A stretch of DNA of 64,000 nt from Candidatus Woesebacteria bacterium RIFCSPHIGHO2_01_FULL_39_32. Its GTDB lineage: Bacteria; Patescibacteriota; Microgenomatia; UBA8517. A program made the translations under genes and the position numbers. Location of the stretch: assembly GCA_001792345.1 (NCBI GenBank), contig MGGJ01000004.1:74090-138089 (forward strand). Direction: 5' to 3'. A model generated the notes under the pieces. It worked only from the letters and a program-made list of their open reading frames with translations. It ran no database searches and was not told the origin of the DNA. This document shows, in pieces, positions 56,043 through 64,000 of the stretch. Numbering within the stretch: position 1 is the first letter of the stretch; each line of letters begins with the position of its first letter.

Positions 56043-56756
56043 ATGAACGAAATTCCTGACGAGACATTGAATCTATTGCAGGACCCCATTTTCACTGAAA
56101 AAGGCCAATTAAGAGAACAGGAAAAGTTAAAACGGTCAGCAGAAGAAATATTAGAAAGAGTAGTATCATCTGCTTCTCCAGAAAACTCGAAGGTTGTACA
56201 ATTTTTAACTTTAGCTGAAGCGTTACAAAAAGGAGAACCAGTGGTTTTTTCTGATGAGGAACAAGGTAAAACTGAGGTGCATATGTTTACTCCACTTAGT
56301 TCGAGATTAAAACCTAAAGAGGTTATTGAGAAATATGACTATAATGACAGAAGATGGTATCAACCCGATTCTTTACCACCAAGCCACGCCGCAATGGTAA
56401 TAACGAAAGGTAAGCATATTGAAGGAAAATCAGCCCAGAAGTTATTTGTAGTTGTTGAACCATCAGGCCAAGTAATGTGTTATCACTACGGCGTTTTTCC
56501 ATCGGGTAAACCAGAGGGATTTCCTACTGAAAGCGAAATGGAAAAGAATCCAACTTCTGTAGGTTTTAGAACCGATAATGTTTATTACAAAAGGGAAAAT
56601 TTAGACAGCGAAAACGTTAAGGGCATTTTAACAGCAATAGCTAGAGAATTAGATTTAAATATTCCTACAAATGCACAAAAGTTTGATAAACCAATTACGG
56701 ATTATTTGCCAAAATATCTTGGAAGTTCGGGTGAAGAAATCTCACAGAGTCAATAA
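56043..56756 (+). CDS. Hypothetical protein (237 aa)
   Basis: ORF only. Confidence 0.45.
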   Translation: MNEIPDETLNLLQDPIFTEKGQLREQEKLKRSAEEILERVVSSASPENSKVVQFLTLAEALQKGEPVVFSDEEQGKTEVHMFTPLSSRLKPKEVIEKYDYNDRRWYQPDSLPPSHAAMVITKGKHIEGKSAQKLFVVVEPSGQVMCYHYGVFPSGKPEGFPTESEMEKNPTSVGFRTDNVYYKRENLDSENVKGILTAIARELDLNIPTNAQKFDKPITDYLPKYLGSSGEEISQSQ

Positions 56757-57313
56757 ATTAGAGGAATTAATCCCTTTACGTCCTTTTTGTAACTCTCGTA
56801 CTCCTTGCCGAATTCTCTTATTAGTTCTTCCTCCTCTACTCTCATGCGATAAATTAATATAAAAAAGTTTAAGGTGAATAAAACAAACATTATTCCTGAA
56901 CGCATTACAAATATTCCAGAAAACATCATCAATAGATTTGCAAAATACATTGGATGTCTGCAAAGCGAGTAGGGTCCTTCTCTAATCAGTTTGTGGTCTT
57001 GAATTATTCTTGCGGAACCACTCCATTGCTTGCCCAATACAATCCTGCTCCACTCGTTTAATACTGCCGAGGTAACAAACAACACAATGGCTATTGCAAG
57101 AACATTTGTACCGATTTTTATAGAAGTATTAATTAAAAAGTAAACGAATAACCCATAAAATATAAGAGAGATCAAAAGAGGTAGTTCGCCAACTAAATTT
57201 AATCTTTTCCTTTTCACGACATGTGTTTGAACTTTTTTAACGATAACCGTGGGAATTCTGTAGAAAAGCCAATAAACAATAATTATTAGAGCAAATATTA
57301 GTTTTGTTTCCAC
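56750..57313 (-). CDS. ICMT/phospholipid methyltransferase family membrane protein (second copy)
   Basis: 187 aa; LCRHPMYFANLLMMFSG motif. Confidence 0.65.
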   Translation of the reverse strand: METKLIFALIIIVYWLFYRIPTVIVKKVQTHVVKRKRLNLVGELPLLISLIFYGLFVYFLINTSIKIGTNVLAIAIVLFVTSAVLNEWSRIVLGKQWSGSARIIQDHKLIREGPYSLCRHPMYFANLLMMFSGIFVMRSGIMFVLFTLNFFILIYRMRVEEEELIREFGKEYESYKKDVKGLIPLIY

Positions 57314-57831
57314 AACAATTTAAATTTCTTCACAAGTGCTGGAGTTAACGGCTTGGCCTTTTTCCACAAGTCATTGAAGAATATTTTTAGAGACTTTGCT
57401 AAATTCTTGTCGTAGATTTTGAAATTAATCAAATCATCAATTGGGAAAGGAAACTCTAAAACAACAATACTCTCATCCCTTATAGACATACTATATCCAT
57501 GATGGTCCAAATATCGGACTTCTATCCCTTGTTCAAGCCTTTTAAGATTTTTCTCTAGAGATTGAGGTGAATTTATATTTTCAATAAATCGAGTTTTAAT
57601 CTTGTCTTCGTTAACCGCTTTTTTTCTGGCCAGTACTGATTTGGGTAACGGTAAATTTAAAGTAGCTTCGGGAGCAATCAATATTAGATTCTCTTTTTTT
57701 ATTTCATTCCAGCCGCTTATTCTCACTTCAATTGCTTGTTTCTCACCAATAAAAATTTCAAGCTTGTTTGGATACTTAAAAGATTTTTTTAATAACCAAG
57801 CGGGGACGGTGGAAATCTTATTATCAGACAT
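57298..57831 (-). CDS. Hypothetical protein (177 aa)
   Basis: ORF, overlaps downstream gene start by 16 nt. Confidence 0.4.
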   Translation of the reverse strand: MSDNKISTVPAWLLKKSFKYPNKLEIFIGEKQAIEVRISGWNEIKKENLILIAPEATLNLPLPKSVLARKKAVNEDKIKTRFIENINSPQSLEKNLKRLEQGIEVRYLDHHGYSMSIRDESIVVLEFPFPIDDLINFKIYDKNLAKSLKIFFNDLWKKAKPLTPALVKKFKLLWKQN

Positions 57832-57900
57832 TATGTTGCCTCATTATACACTCGCTTTAAATATTTTTGCTGATTTTTATAGCCGCTGAAAAATTGTTAC

Positions 57901-58476
57901 TTAAAGCCATTGCGGTTTCAAATTTTTGGATGAACGCTCAACAACAATTTTTACTCTTCCTTTTCTTGTCTCATCCCTTTTCGCACTTAATATCCAGAAG
58001 ATATAGGCTAGCTGTTGAGAATTTGAAAAATTATCAAAATTTTTATATGCCGAAACATTCTCCTTAAGAGCTCTTTTCAAATCAGGTGGAAGGCCTGGTT
58101 TTGTTTTTGAAGAATAGGCAGCTTGCCACTTTCCAGTCTTTTTGGCATATTTAATAGTTTTAAGTCCAGCCCCAGTCATCTTTCCCTCTTTTATCATCTT
58201 TAAGGCTCTTTTTTTGTTGAGAAGCGACCAAACACTATCGGGGTTTCGTGGTGAAAAACGCTGCATATACTTTTCAGCGTCAATACTCCTTACTTTCCCA
58301 TCTATCCACCCAAAACAAATTGCTTCTTCAACCGCATCGTTATAGGCAATACTAAACTTGCCTGTGTGTTTCTTAAAATAAATAAGCCAAACTTCCTTTT
58401 CCTTGTCATGGTAATTCTTAAGCCACTTTCTCCATTTATTTCTATTCTCCACAAATAAAGTTTCCGTTATCTCCAT
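57901..58476 (-). CDS. YdeI/OmpD-associated (OmdA) family protein
   Basis: 191 aa; ...ICFGWIDGKVRSID...RFSPRNPDSVWS... matches YdeI/OmdA domain. Confidence 0.6.
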   Translation of the reverse strand: MEITETLFVENRNKWRKWLKNYHDKEKEVWLIYFKKHTGKFSIAYNDAVEEAICFGWIDGKVRSIDAEKYMQRFSPRNPDSVWSLLNKKRALKMIKEGKMTGAGLKTIKYAKKTGKWQAAYSSKTKPGLPPDLKRALKENVSAYKNFDNFSNSQQLAYIFWILSAKRDETRKGRVKIVVERSSKNLKPQWL

Positions 58477-58510
58477 GTTAGTAGTGTAACAAAATTGAAG
58501 GTCAATAACT

Positions 58511-58846
58511 TTATTTTGTAGAAAGATAGGCTACGGGAATTAATCCCAAAAGTCCACCTCCGAAAAAGGCTAAGACCCCCGAAAGTAGAGCAACAAGAAT
58601 CATTCCAAAATTTTTCGTCAACTTCTTCTTTGAAAGAATCAGAAAAGAAAGTACCAAAGAAATAATTACTGCAACTAAACCTCCAAATCTCATACCAAAC
58701 TCAATACTACTTTCTCCCGCCACCAAACCCATTATTCCTCCGATAAGAGCTCCGACGATCACAATTAGTAGTAAGTATGAAAGATAAAATCCCAAAGCTT
58801 CCTTTGTAGTTCTTTTATACTTAAATTCCATTAATTTCTTAAACAT
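58511..58846 (-). CDS. Hypothetical 3-TM Gly-rich membrane protein
   Basis: 111 aa. Confidence 0.4.
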   Translation of the reverse strand: MFKKLMEFKYKRTTKEALGFYLSYLLLIVIVGALIGGIMGLVAGESSIEFGMRFGGLVAVIISLVLSFLILSKKKLTKNFGMILVALLSGVLAFFGGGLLGLIPVAYLSTK

Positions 58847-58913
58847 CTTAAATTGAGCCTATCACATATGCTACACTGAAATCAATCCTTCGACTACGCT
58901 CAGGATAAATATC

Positions 58914-60296
58914 ATGGAAAATGTTTTTAACCAAAGTATTTGGGGAGATGAAGGTTTTTCGGCAATTCTTTCTATGAAGAGTTTGCCTGAAATAATAAAA
59001 ATAATTTCCAAAGACACATCTCCCCCCCTTTGGAATATTTTTGAAAACCTTGCGTTTCAAACATTTGGTACAAGCGAAGTTGTAATACGAGGACTCTCAC
59101 TTACTTTCTTTCTCGGCGCAATCTTTTTTACCTACAAAATAGCGTCATTTTTATTCAGTCGTAAAACGGGTTTTTTGGCAGCCCTCTTAACATTCCTAAA
59201 CCCATTTTTCTTCATTTATGCTTTTGAGGGGCGGATGTATTCGATAATGAGCCTCGGAGTTGCCGCTTCTATGTATTTTTACCTGCGAATTTTTTATAAC
59301 GAGGAAAAAATAAGACGCCGAGATAAATTAGGTTATATATTCTTCACACTTTGGGCACTTTACTCGCACCACTTTGCCTTTTTCGCCGTAGCGGTGCAAG
59401 GGTTATGGTGGCTTTATGAGTTGACTTTCGGCAAAAGAGTTAGAGCCAAAAAGATGTTTAAGTTATTTTTAATTACGGGAGCCGGTTATATCCCCTGGTT
59501 ATATCCCTTGTACACACAAACAAAAATGGTGGGTGGAGGATTTTGGTTGGGTACACCAAATACAGAAGACTTGGAGAAATTAATTCATGAGTATATTTAT
59601 AAAGGAATTGTAAACGAAAATCTTAAATTCCCAATTCTTAATATGCCGCTTTACCAAGCTTCCTGGTATGTAGTACTAGTTGTCGCAGTATTTCGAAAAT
59701 GGTGGAAAAACATTAAAAAAACTGTATTTTTTTTACTCTGGTTTTTTGGCCCGATACTACTTACCTGGTTTATCTCCCAAAAATTCCAATCAATTTTTTT
59801 CAATCGATATTTACTTTATACGATTCCAGCAGCAATGTTAGTCTTAGTATCTTCTAGGAGCAAGCTTTCAATTATCCCACTAACAGTACTTGCAATATTT
59901 TTCGGGATAATGGACTACAACTACTTTACTCACCCAACAAAACTTCCCTTCAGAGAAATGGCTACTTATGTAAAAGAAATAAAATCTGAAGATGACTTTC
60001 TAATAAATTGGTACAGCAACGGAACCCATCATATCTGGGAAACAAAATATTACGGAATCCCGGCTCCAATTTATGTATCAAGAGAAGGGGAACTGCCTTT
60101 CTTTGTAGGTACTGCACTGATGGAGGAAAAAGATATCATCCACCAAATTCCGGATGGAGTATCTCGCGTCGGTGTCGTAACAAGTGGCCCAATTGAAGAA
60201 ATAAGTCTTACTGGTTATAAACAAGATGAAATTAAGAGATTTGATGGATTGAAGTTCGTTTGGCTTAGCGCTTCGGCTTTTAATTCGGAGGAGTAA
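58914..60296 (+). CDS. GT-C-like (GT39/ArnT-like) membrane glycosyltransferase candidate
   Basis: 460 aa; WGDEGFS acidic motif in first loop, ~11 TM then C-terminal soluble domain. Confidence 0.55.
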   Translation: MENVFNQSIWGDEGFSAILSMKSLPEIIKIISKDTSPPLWNIFENLAFQTFGTSEVVIRGLSLTFFLGAIFFTYKIASFLFSRKTGFLAALLTFLNPFFFIYAFEGRMYSIMSLGVAASMYFYLRIFYNEEKIRRRDKLGYIFFTLWALYSHHFAFFAVAVQGLWWLYELTFGKRVRAKKMFKLFLITGAGYIPWLYPLYTQTKMVGGGFWLGTPNTEDLEKLIHEYIYKGIVNENLKFPILNMPLYQASWYVVLVVAVFRKWWKNIKKTVFFLLWFFGPILLTWFISQKFQSIFFNRYLLYTIPAAMLVLVSSRSKLSIIPLTVLAIFFGIMDYNYFTHPTKLPFREMATYVKEIKSEDDFLINWYSNGTHHIWETKYYGIPAPIYVSREGELPFFVGTALMEEKDIIHQIPDGVSRVGVVTSGPIEEISLTGYKQDEIKRFDGLKFVWLSASAFNSEE

Positions 60297-60336
60297 ATCA
60301 CGAAATATAAATATCGTTGGCAAAGTATTTTAGTCA

Positions 60337-60855
60337 TCAATTAAGACTTTGTTTGATCAAGCTGACACATTCATCAATGGATAATTGTTCTGTATCTAGA
60401 CTTATTGCACCCGGAATAAATGTTCTTTCAAGTTGATTATAAATTTTCGCGATAGCTTCATCTCCCATCGGTTTGCGGCAACCCTCCTTAACGCCTGGCC
60501 GATTCCTGTCTCTGTCTTGTAAAGTGGCTAGGGAGCACATAATTTGAAAGACTTTTACCTTGATTCCTCTTTTTTCGGCTTCCTTTACTGCTAACGGGAT
60601 TATAAATGGATCAAAGAATATTTTTTCCATTACCACAGAAAAGCCGTTGTCCAATAAATATTGTAGTGTCGTCAAAGCACATTCATCGACATATCTTTGT
60701 TCCTCTAGGGAAGTATCGCCAGAAAAAAAGTCTTTCAAATTATCGACTTTCAGCCAAACGATTTTTTTATTAAAATTTCTCAACTTTTTGGCGATTGTCG
60801 TCTTTCCACTCGCCGGAGCGCCTCTAATAACGGCTAAGAATTGTTTAGAAAACAT
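60337..60855 (-). CDS. P-loop NTPase / AAA_33-type kinase
   Basis: 172 aa; Walker A GAPASGKTT. Confidence 0.6.
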   Translation of the reverse strand: MFSKQFLAVIRGAPASGKTTIAKKLRNFNKKIVWLKVDNLKDFFSGDTSLEEQRYVDECALTTLQYLLDNGFSVVMEKIFFDPFIIPLAVKEAEKRGIKVKVFQIMCSLATLQDRDRNRPGVKEGCRKPMGDEAIAKIYNQLERTFIPGAISLDTEQLSIDECVSLIKQSLN

Positions 60856-60872
60856 AAGGTTAATATTAGCAC

Positions 60873-61127
60873 TTAATTATAAACTGTCGCTCTATGACCG
60901 ACAGCAATTATTTCGACAAGTTTGTCTTTCTTATTCACTTTATAAATTACTCTAAAAACTCCAAGTTTGTAGGAAAACCTTCCAGTAAGTTCACGGGTAA
61001 GAGGTTTTCCAATGAAGGGATTTTCTTTTATTTCTTTTAGAGCCATCAATACGGCCCTTTGTCTTCTTTTTGAAATTTGCTTTAACTTTTTTCTTGCTTG
61101 AACCGAAATTCGAAGTTTATACATCAA
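60873..61127 (-). CDS. Type II toxin RelE/ParE family
   Basis: 84 aa; ...LTGRFSYKLGVFRVIYKVNKKDKLVEIIAVGHRATVY matches RelE. Confidence 0.7.
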   Translation of the reverse strand: MMYKLRISVQARKKLKQISKRRQRAVLMALKEIKENPFIGKPLTRELTGRFSYKLGVFRVIYKVNKKDKLVEIIAVGHRATVYN

Positions 61128-61392
61128 GCTTTAATTCTTTTTTAAGTTCTTCAAACGTCACGTATTTACCATCTTTTAAATCTTTTTCGCCTTGTTTAAT
61201 TGAGGTAACTAACTCCTGATCAGACAAAATATCCACCGTCTCCTTCCAACTTTCAAATTCGTCATGGGACATAAGAACTGCTTCAGGTTTACCCTTAACT
61301 GTTATTACAAATTCCTCCAGCAGTCGACTTGCCCTGTCTACAAGTGTAGTAAGGTTTTCTCTAGCTTTGGTAATAGGTAATGTCTTTGCCAT
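61117..61392 (-). CDS. Phd/YefM-family antitoxin
   Basis: 91 aa; N-terminal MAKTLPITKARENLTTLVDRA... YefM fold; 11-nt overlap with toxin. Confidence 0.75.
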   Translation of the reverse strand: MAKTLPITKARENLTTLVDRASRLLEEFVITVKGKPEAVLMSHDEFESWKETVDILSDQELVTSIKQGEKDLKDGKYVTFEELKKELKLDV

Positions 61393-61493
61393 AACAGCAT
61401 ATTACATAATTCTGTACACTATGTCAATGATTCAAGGTTATGATTGTTCTGGCTCTCTTTAGGAATTTTGTGCTAAACTGAAATCACACTCCT

Positions 61494-63008
61494 ATGAAGA
61501 AGAATAATTCGGTATTCGGTTTTCTTAATGACAAATTACATACTCCAACTTGGCTATTTATACTATTAATAATAGTCTTTGTCTTCCGCATTCCTTCCTT
61601 TTTTGAACCTTATTCATATGGTGATGAGATGATTTATTTGACACTCGGGCATGCAATCCGACAAGGAATTCCTTTATATAGCGGAGTACACGATAATAAA
61701 CCTCCACTTTTATATATCATGGCTGCAATCGCTGGAAGTCTATTCTGGTTCAAAGCAATCTTAACTTTGTGGATGTTGGTGACAATTTTTATCTTTTGGA
61801 AACTAACGGAAGTACTTTTTCCGAAAAATCTTAGAGCTCAACAGTTTGCAACAATCATTTTTGCAATTCTTACCACAATCCCCCTTCTCGAAGGAAACAT
61901 TGTTAACGCAGAACTATTTATGATAGGTCCAACTATATTAGGATTTTTTATTCTTCTGTCCCGAAAGTTAAGCTCAAAAAGCCTTTTTTTTGCGGGTACG
62001 CTTTTTTCCGTCGCAACTTTATTCAAGGTTCCAGCAAGCTTTGACATCCCAGCTATCGTCTTTTTCTGGTTAGCGACAAACAAGCTTAATGCCAAAAATT
62101 TAAAACTCACTTTTAAAAGTACAATAATTCTCGGTTTGGGTTTTGTAACACCCATTCTTCTCACTTTTATTTGGTATTTTCTGCAAGATGCATTCAGTCA
62201 ATATTTAGTCGCCGCGTTTTTACAAAACGTTGGTTACCTTTCCAGCTGGCGTCCAGGAGATGTCCAGGAGCCCTTTCTTGTCCGTAATCTACCTCTTTTA
62301 ATACGCGTCGGGGTTGTTGTTGTAGGGCTTTTGACTCTCTACAAAGTCCGTAAACAAATTTCTCCGACCTTTATCATCGCAACAGTCTGGTTACTCTTAA
62401 GTCTTTTTGCGGTCACCCTCTCCGAGCGTCCCTATCCGCATTATCTTATACAGTCAATTCCAGCTGTATCTATCTTAATGGGTATTCTTTTTACACATCA
62501 GAACAAAGAGCAGGTTTTTACAATTATTCCTTTAACACTCGCTATCTTTGTTCCCTACTATTTCAATTTTTGGCGTTACCCTACATTGCCTTACTATGTT
62601 AGATTTGTGAGATTTGTAGCTGGATCTCTATCTCGCGACGAGTATATAAACTCTTACGGATCGCACGTCCCAACAAATTACAAAATAGCTGAATATTTAC
62701 TTTCTGTCACAAAGAAAGATGAAAAGATTTTTGTTTGGGGAGAAAGTTCCCCGATATATGCATTAACACGAAGGCTTCCACCAACAAAATATGTAGCCGA
62801 CTACCACATAAGAGATTTTTCGACACCTTACGAAACAGTAACAGCTCTATCGAGGAAAATGCCAAGTTTTATCGTAATATTACCAAATGCACCAATTTTC
62901 CCTGAATTGGAGACCTTCTTGTCTAGAAACTACGGTCTTACTGAGACTATTGACGGTGCCACAATCTGGAAACTTCTCGGTCCTAAAGTTCGCGCCCTCA
63001 TTTCGTAA
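61494..63008 (+). CDS. GT-C-like polytopic membrane glycosyltransferase candidate
   Basis: 504 aa; YGDEMIY acidic loop motif, >10 TM, C-terminal soluble domain. Confidence 0.55.
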   Translation: MKKNNSVFGFLNDKLHTPTWLFILLIIVFVFRIPSFFEPYSYGDEMIYLTLGHAIRQGIPLYSGVHDNKPPLLYIMAAIAGSLFWFKAILTLWMLVTIFIFWKLTEVLFPKNLRAQQFATIIFAILTTIPLLEGNIVNAELFMIGPTILGFFILLSRKLSSKSLFFAGTLFSVATLFKVPASFDIPAIVFFWLATNKLNAKNLKLTFKSTIILGLGFVTPILLTFIWYFLQDAFSQYLVAAFLQNVGYLSSWRPGDVQEPFLVRNLPLLIRVGVVVVGLLTLYKVRKQISPTFIIATVWLLLSLFAVTLSERPYPHYLIQSIPAVSILMGILFTHQNKEQVFTIIPLTLAIFVPYYFNFWRYPTLPYYVRFVRFVAGSLSRDEYINSYGSHVPTNYKIAEYLLSVTKKDEKIFVWGESSPIYALTRRLPPTKYVADYHIRDFSTPYETVTALSRKMPSFIVILPNAPIFPELETFLSRNYGLTETIDGATIWKLLGPKVRALIS

Positions 63009-63044
63009 TCTCCTTCGGATTTTGCTAAAATCAGTGAGTAATAT

Positions 63045-63419
63045 ATGAAGATATTAATAAAAAAGAGTGCCTTGCAAAAAAAACTGTCTATTGAGAGGGT
63101 TCCACTTAAAAACTTTGTGTACTTATCCTTCATAATTAGTATTGTAGGCATCCTCTTAATCTTTCTTTTACAAAGTAAGCTTCCTCCGGAGGTACCACTT
63201 TTTTACGGACTTCCTGAGGGAGAAGAACAACTAACGACTTCATTAGGACTAACATTGCCTTTGGTTGGCTCTCTTATCATTACTATTCTTAATACAATTA
63301 CTGTATTTTTTTTACAAAATTCCTTTTTACAGAAAACTCTCGTTTTGGTATCATTCGCAGTAAGTTTTCTTTCATTTGTAACCATTGTCAAAATAACACT
63401 ATTAGTGGGAAGTTTTTAA
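63045..63419 (+). CDS. Small 3-TM membrane protein
   Basis: 124 aa. Confidence 0.4.
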   Translation: MKILIKKSALQKKLSIERVPLKNFVYLSFIISIVGILLIFLLQSKLPPEVPLFYGLPEGEEQLTTSLGLTLPLVGSLIITILNTITVFFLQNSFLQKTLVLVSFAVSFLSFVTIVKITLLVGSF

Positions 63420-63423
63420 CTAA

Positions 63424-64000
63424 ATGAGTATATTAACTACCCTTGTAATTATACCCGCTTTCGTATCAGCGTGTATCACTTACTTTGTTACTCCTCTAGT
63501 TATTCGTCTTGCAGGACGACTAGGAATAATAGATGATCCAAAAAAACATACACACCCCAAAGTTATTCACACATATCCGGTTCCTCGAGGGGGCGGTATT
63601 CCCCTATTTACAGGGATATTCATTGCCTCAATTGTATTCTTACCAATTGATAAACATCTCATAGGAATTCTAATAGGGGCCTTTATACTAATCGTGCTTG
63701 GAATAATTGATGACAAACTTGATATAAACCCATATAAAAGGCTTCTCATTCAATTTATCGCAGCAGGTATCCCCATAGCTTTCGGAATAGGAATCTCGTT
63801 TCTTACCAATCCATTTAACGGCATCATCGATCTTTCATACCCCCGCATAACTTTTGAGTTTTTAGGCGAACAAAGAAACATATGGATTTTATCTGATATT
63901 TTTGCTCTTTTTTGGCTTGTAACTCTCATGAACTTCGTTAATATAGGGGCAAGCGGACTTGATGGACAACTTTCAGGAACAACGGCAATTGCCGCGGGAA
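63424..64000 (+). CDS. MraY/WecA-family (GT4) polyprenyl-phosphate sugar-1-phosphate transferase, N-terminal part; continues past window end
   Basis: PRGGGIP and IDDKLDI motifs of the MraY/WecA family; multiple TM. Confidence 0.75.
   Translation, partial: MSILTTLVIIPAFVSACITYFVTPLVIRLAGRLGIIDDPKKHTHPKVIHTYPVPRGGGIPLFTGIFIASIVFLPIDKHLIGILIGAFILIVLGIIDDKLDINPYKRLLIQFIAAGIPIAFGIGISFLTNPFNGIIDLSYPRITFEFLGEQRNIWILSDIFALFWLVTLMNFVNIGASGLDGQLSGTTAIAAG

Noticed and set aside
1-64000. Alternative genetic code (UGA as Gly, as in Gracilibacteria/Absconditabacteria)
   Set aside because: Long uninterrupted ORFs with standard stops throughout. TGA is a functional stop codon, e.g. for the pilO-like gene (5695-5697), the SET gene (inside repeat B) and the SDR gene.
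1-64000. tRNA or rRNA genes in intergenic regions
   Set aside because: Intergenic segments >80 bp (3853-3973, 4268-4363, 14036-14131, 27800-28018, 29147-29341, 39661-39770, 49986-50159, 52156-52259) were inspected for cloverleaf hallmarks (GTTCRANYC T-loop, CCA context). None found.

Overview
This is a low-GC window (roughly 35-40% by eye) read in the standard genetic code. TGA is used as a stop, so it does not belong to the UGA-recoded Gracilibacteria/Absconditabacteria. It is gene-dense with small proteins, and its content points to a Patescibacteria (CPR)-like monoderm. That content includes tandem FemAB-family genes, a PilN/PilO-like module, many GT-C and GT2 membrane glycosyltransferases, an LCP protein and an MraY/WecA-family transferase.

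The first ~39 kb is mostly core housekeeping. It carries a classical hrcA-grpE-dnaK heat-shock operon with a CIRCE operator, murJ and rpsT. It also carries a PilN/PilO-like operon with Pro/Thr-rich surface proteins, three consecutive giant polytopic GT-C-like membrane proteins, an LCP protein, pcrA with two FemAB genes, and a UvrD-helicase/PD-(D/E)XK nuclease fusion. Further along are a lipid head-group gene cluster (GT2, a CDP-alcohol-transferase-like protein, GDPD), rmuC, metG, a membrane GT2, a 1740-aa alpha-2-macroglobulin-like protein that lacks the thioester, and a MEMO-like protein.

From about 39.9 kb to the end the character changes to an accessory island. It holds small diverse genes on both strands: RelE/ParD and RelE/Phd toxin-antitoxin (TA) pairs and a DUF4258/DUF2283 fusion. 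It also holds a nitrilase, a SET-domain protein, three EamA transporters, a VOC/glyoxalase, and a nucleotidyltransferase + ICMT + Erm/KsgA-family rRNA methyltransferase block. More GT-C proteins follow.

The most striking feature sits inside this island. Two families of short conserved intergenic repeats occur. Repeat A (CCGCGGAGGAAATGGTTTCTTA) has 8 copies at 41.7-44.7 kb and one at 52.5 kb. Repeat B (GAGCTAATTTGAAGACAAATTAT, a 7-4-7 palindrome) has 10 copies at 44.7-54.2 kb. All copies are in the same plus-strand orientation, and each sits at a gene boundary regardless of gene strand. Together they delimit one- or two-gene units like a cassette array. No integrase and no canonical attC cores are visible.

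A second notable structure lies at 27.7-29.2 kb. There, ~60-75 bp of the 3' end of a TrpR/YerC-like gene is duplicated as a diverged direct repeat around a 1.3-kb two-gene insert of unknown function.

No rRNA, tRNA or CRISPR array was recognised.
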